64,000 bases of DNA from Bispira polyomma. Lineage: Eukaryota. The stretch's first letter is position 1, and each line of letters starts with the position of its first letter. The stretch spans positions 66,526,001 to 66,590,000 of the forward strand of contig OZ287749.1 of the NCBI GenBank assembly GCA_965649765.1, in the 5' to 3' direction. A program made the position numbers and the translations under genes. Shown piece by piece: positions 63,556 through 64,000 of the stretch. The notes under the pieces were generated by a model. The model saw nothing but the letters and a program-made list of their open reading frames with translations. It did no database searches and had not been told where the DNA came from.

Positions 63556-64000
63556 GTTGAAATGTTAACATATTTCAAGCAGTTGTAAGTCAGATTTGGT
63601 CCTTTTAGTTAATTTTGCCCCACTCACTGTAAGAGATATATTCTGGTCCTCTTTTATAAGAACTCTACATTACACTACACACTTTTCAACACCTTGACTA
63701 ATGTTCCAGACAGATTTCTGGATTACTGTCCATCAACCAAAATTACATTAAGAAAATTACCATGCACTAAATTTGCCTTATTTTCACTCGTATTTATTAT
63801 TACCTACTGCTCATTTTGACATAACACTCAAAAACAACCTTTTTTTTGACGAAATTACCTCAAACACAAAAAGGTCAACATCACTCAACAAACACCTTCA
63901 TCCATCCCAACACTAACAAATATTTGCATAGAAAAAAATTACTTTTTTTTTCTCTACTGAAAACTACCTTTTTATCTGATCGGTATGCAAGCGCTGACAA

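Overview
AT-rich animal genomic DNA, most likely lophotrochozoan or mollusc-like judging from its SINE, L2 and helentron-type repeats (inference). It is almost all intergenic or intronic sequence made of transposable-element debris. The main feature is a cluster of DIRS1-type tyrosine-recombinase retrotransposons, all on the minus strand. (1) 32337-37703 is a near-complete but disabled element with gag, RT/RNase H/methyltransferase-like and YR frames, ~190-bp inverted terminal repeats (ITRs) and an internal complementary region (ICR). (2) 47430-52143 is a second family whose ITRs are ~96% identical and whose ICR is retained, while its coding interior has decayed to a few motif remnants. This is the pattern expected of a non-autonomous DIRS lineage. 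(3) ~61450-61613 is an orphan terminus. The two full elements share a TTG/CAA crossover trinucleotide and several short non-coding motifs despite otherwise dissimilar ITRs. The rest comprises L2-clade LINE fragments, tRNA-derived SINEs, PIF/Harbinger-like and pogo-like MITEs, helentron-like repeats, local tandem duplications, a 45-bp CAGGTG-rich minisatellite and probable 3' exons of an unidentified minus-strand host gene (55418-57276). All alignments were done by eye and boundaries of degenerate repeats are approximate.
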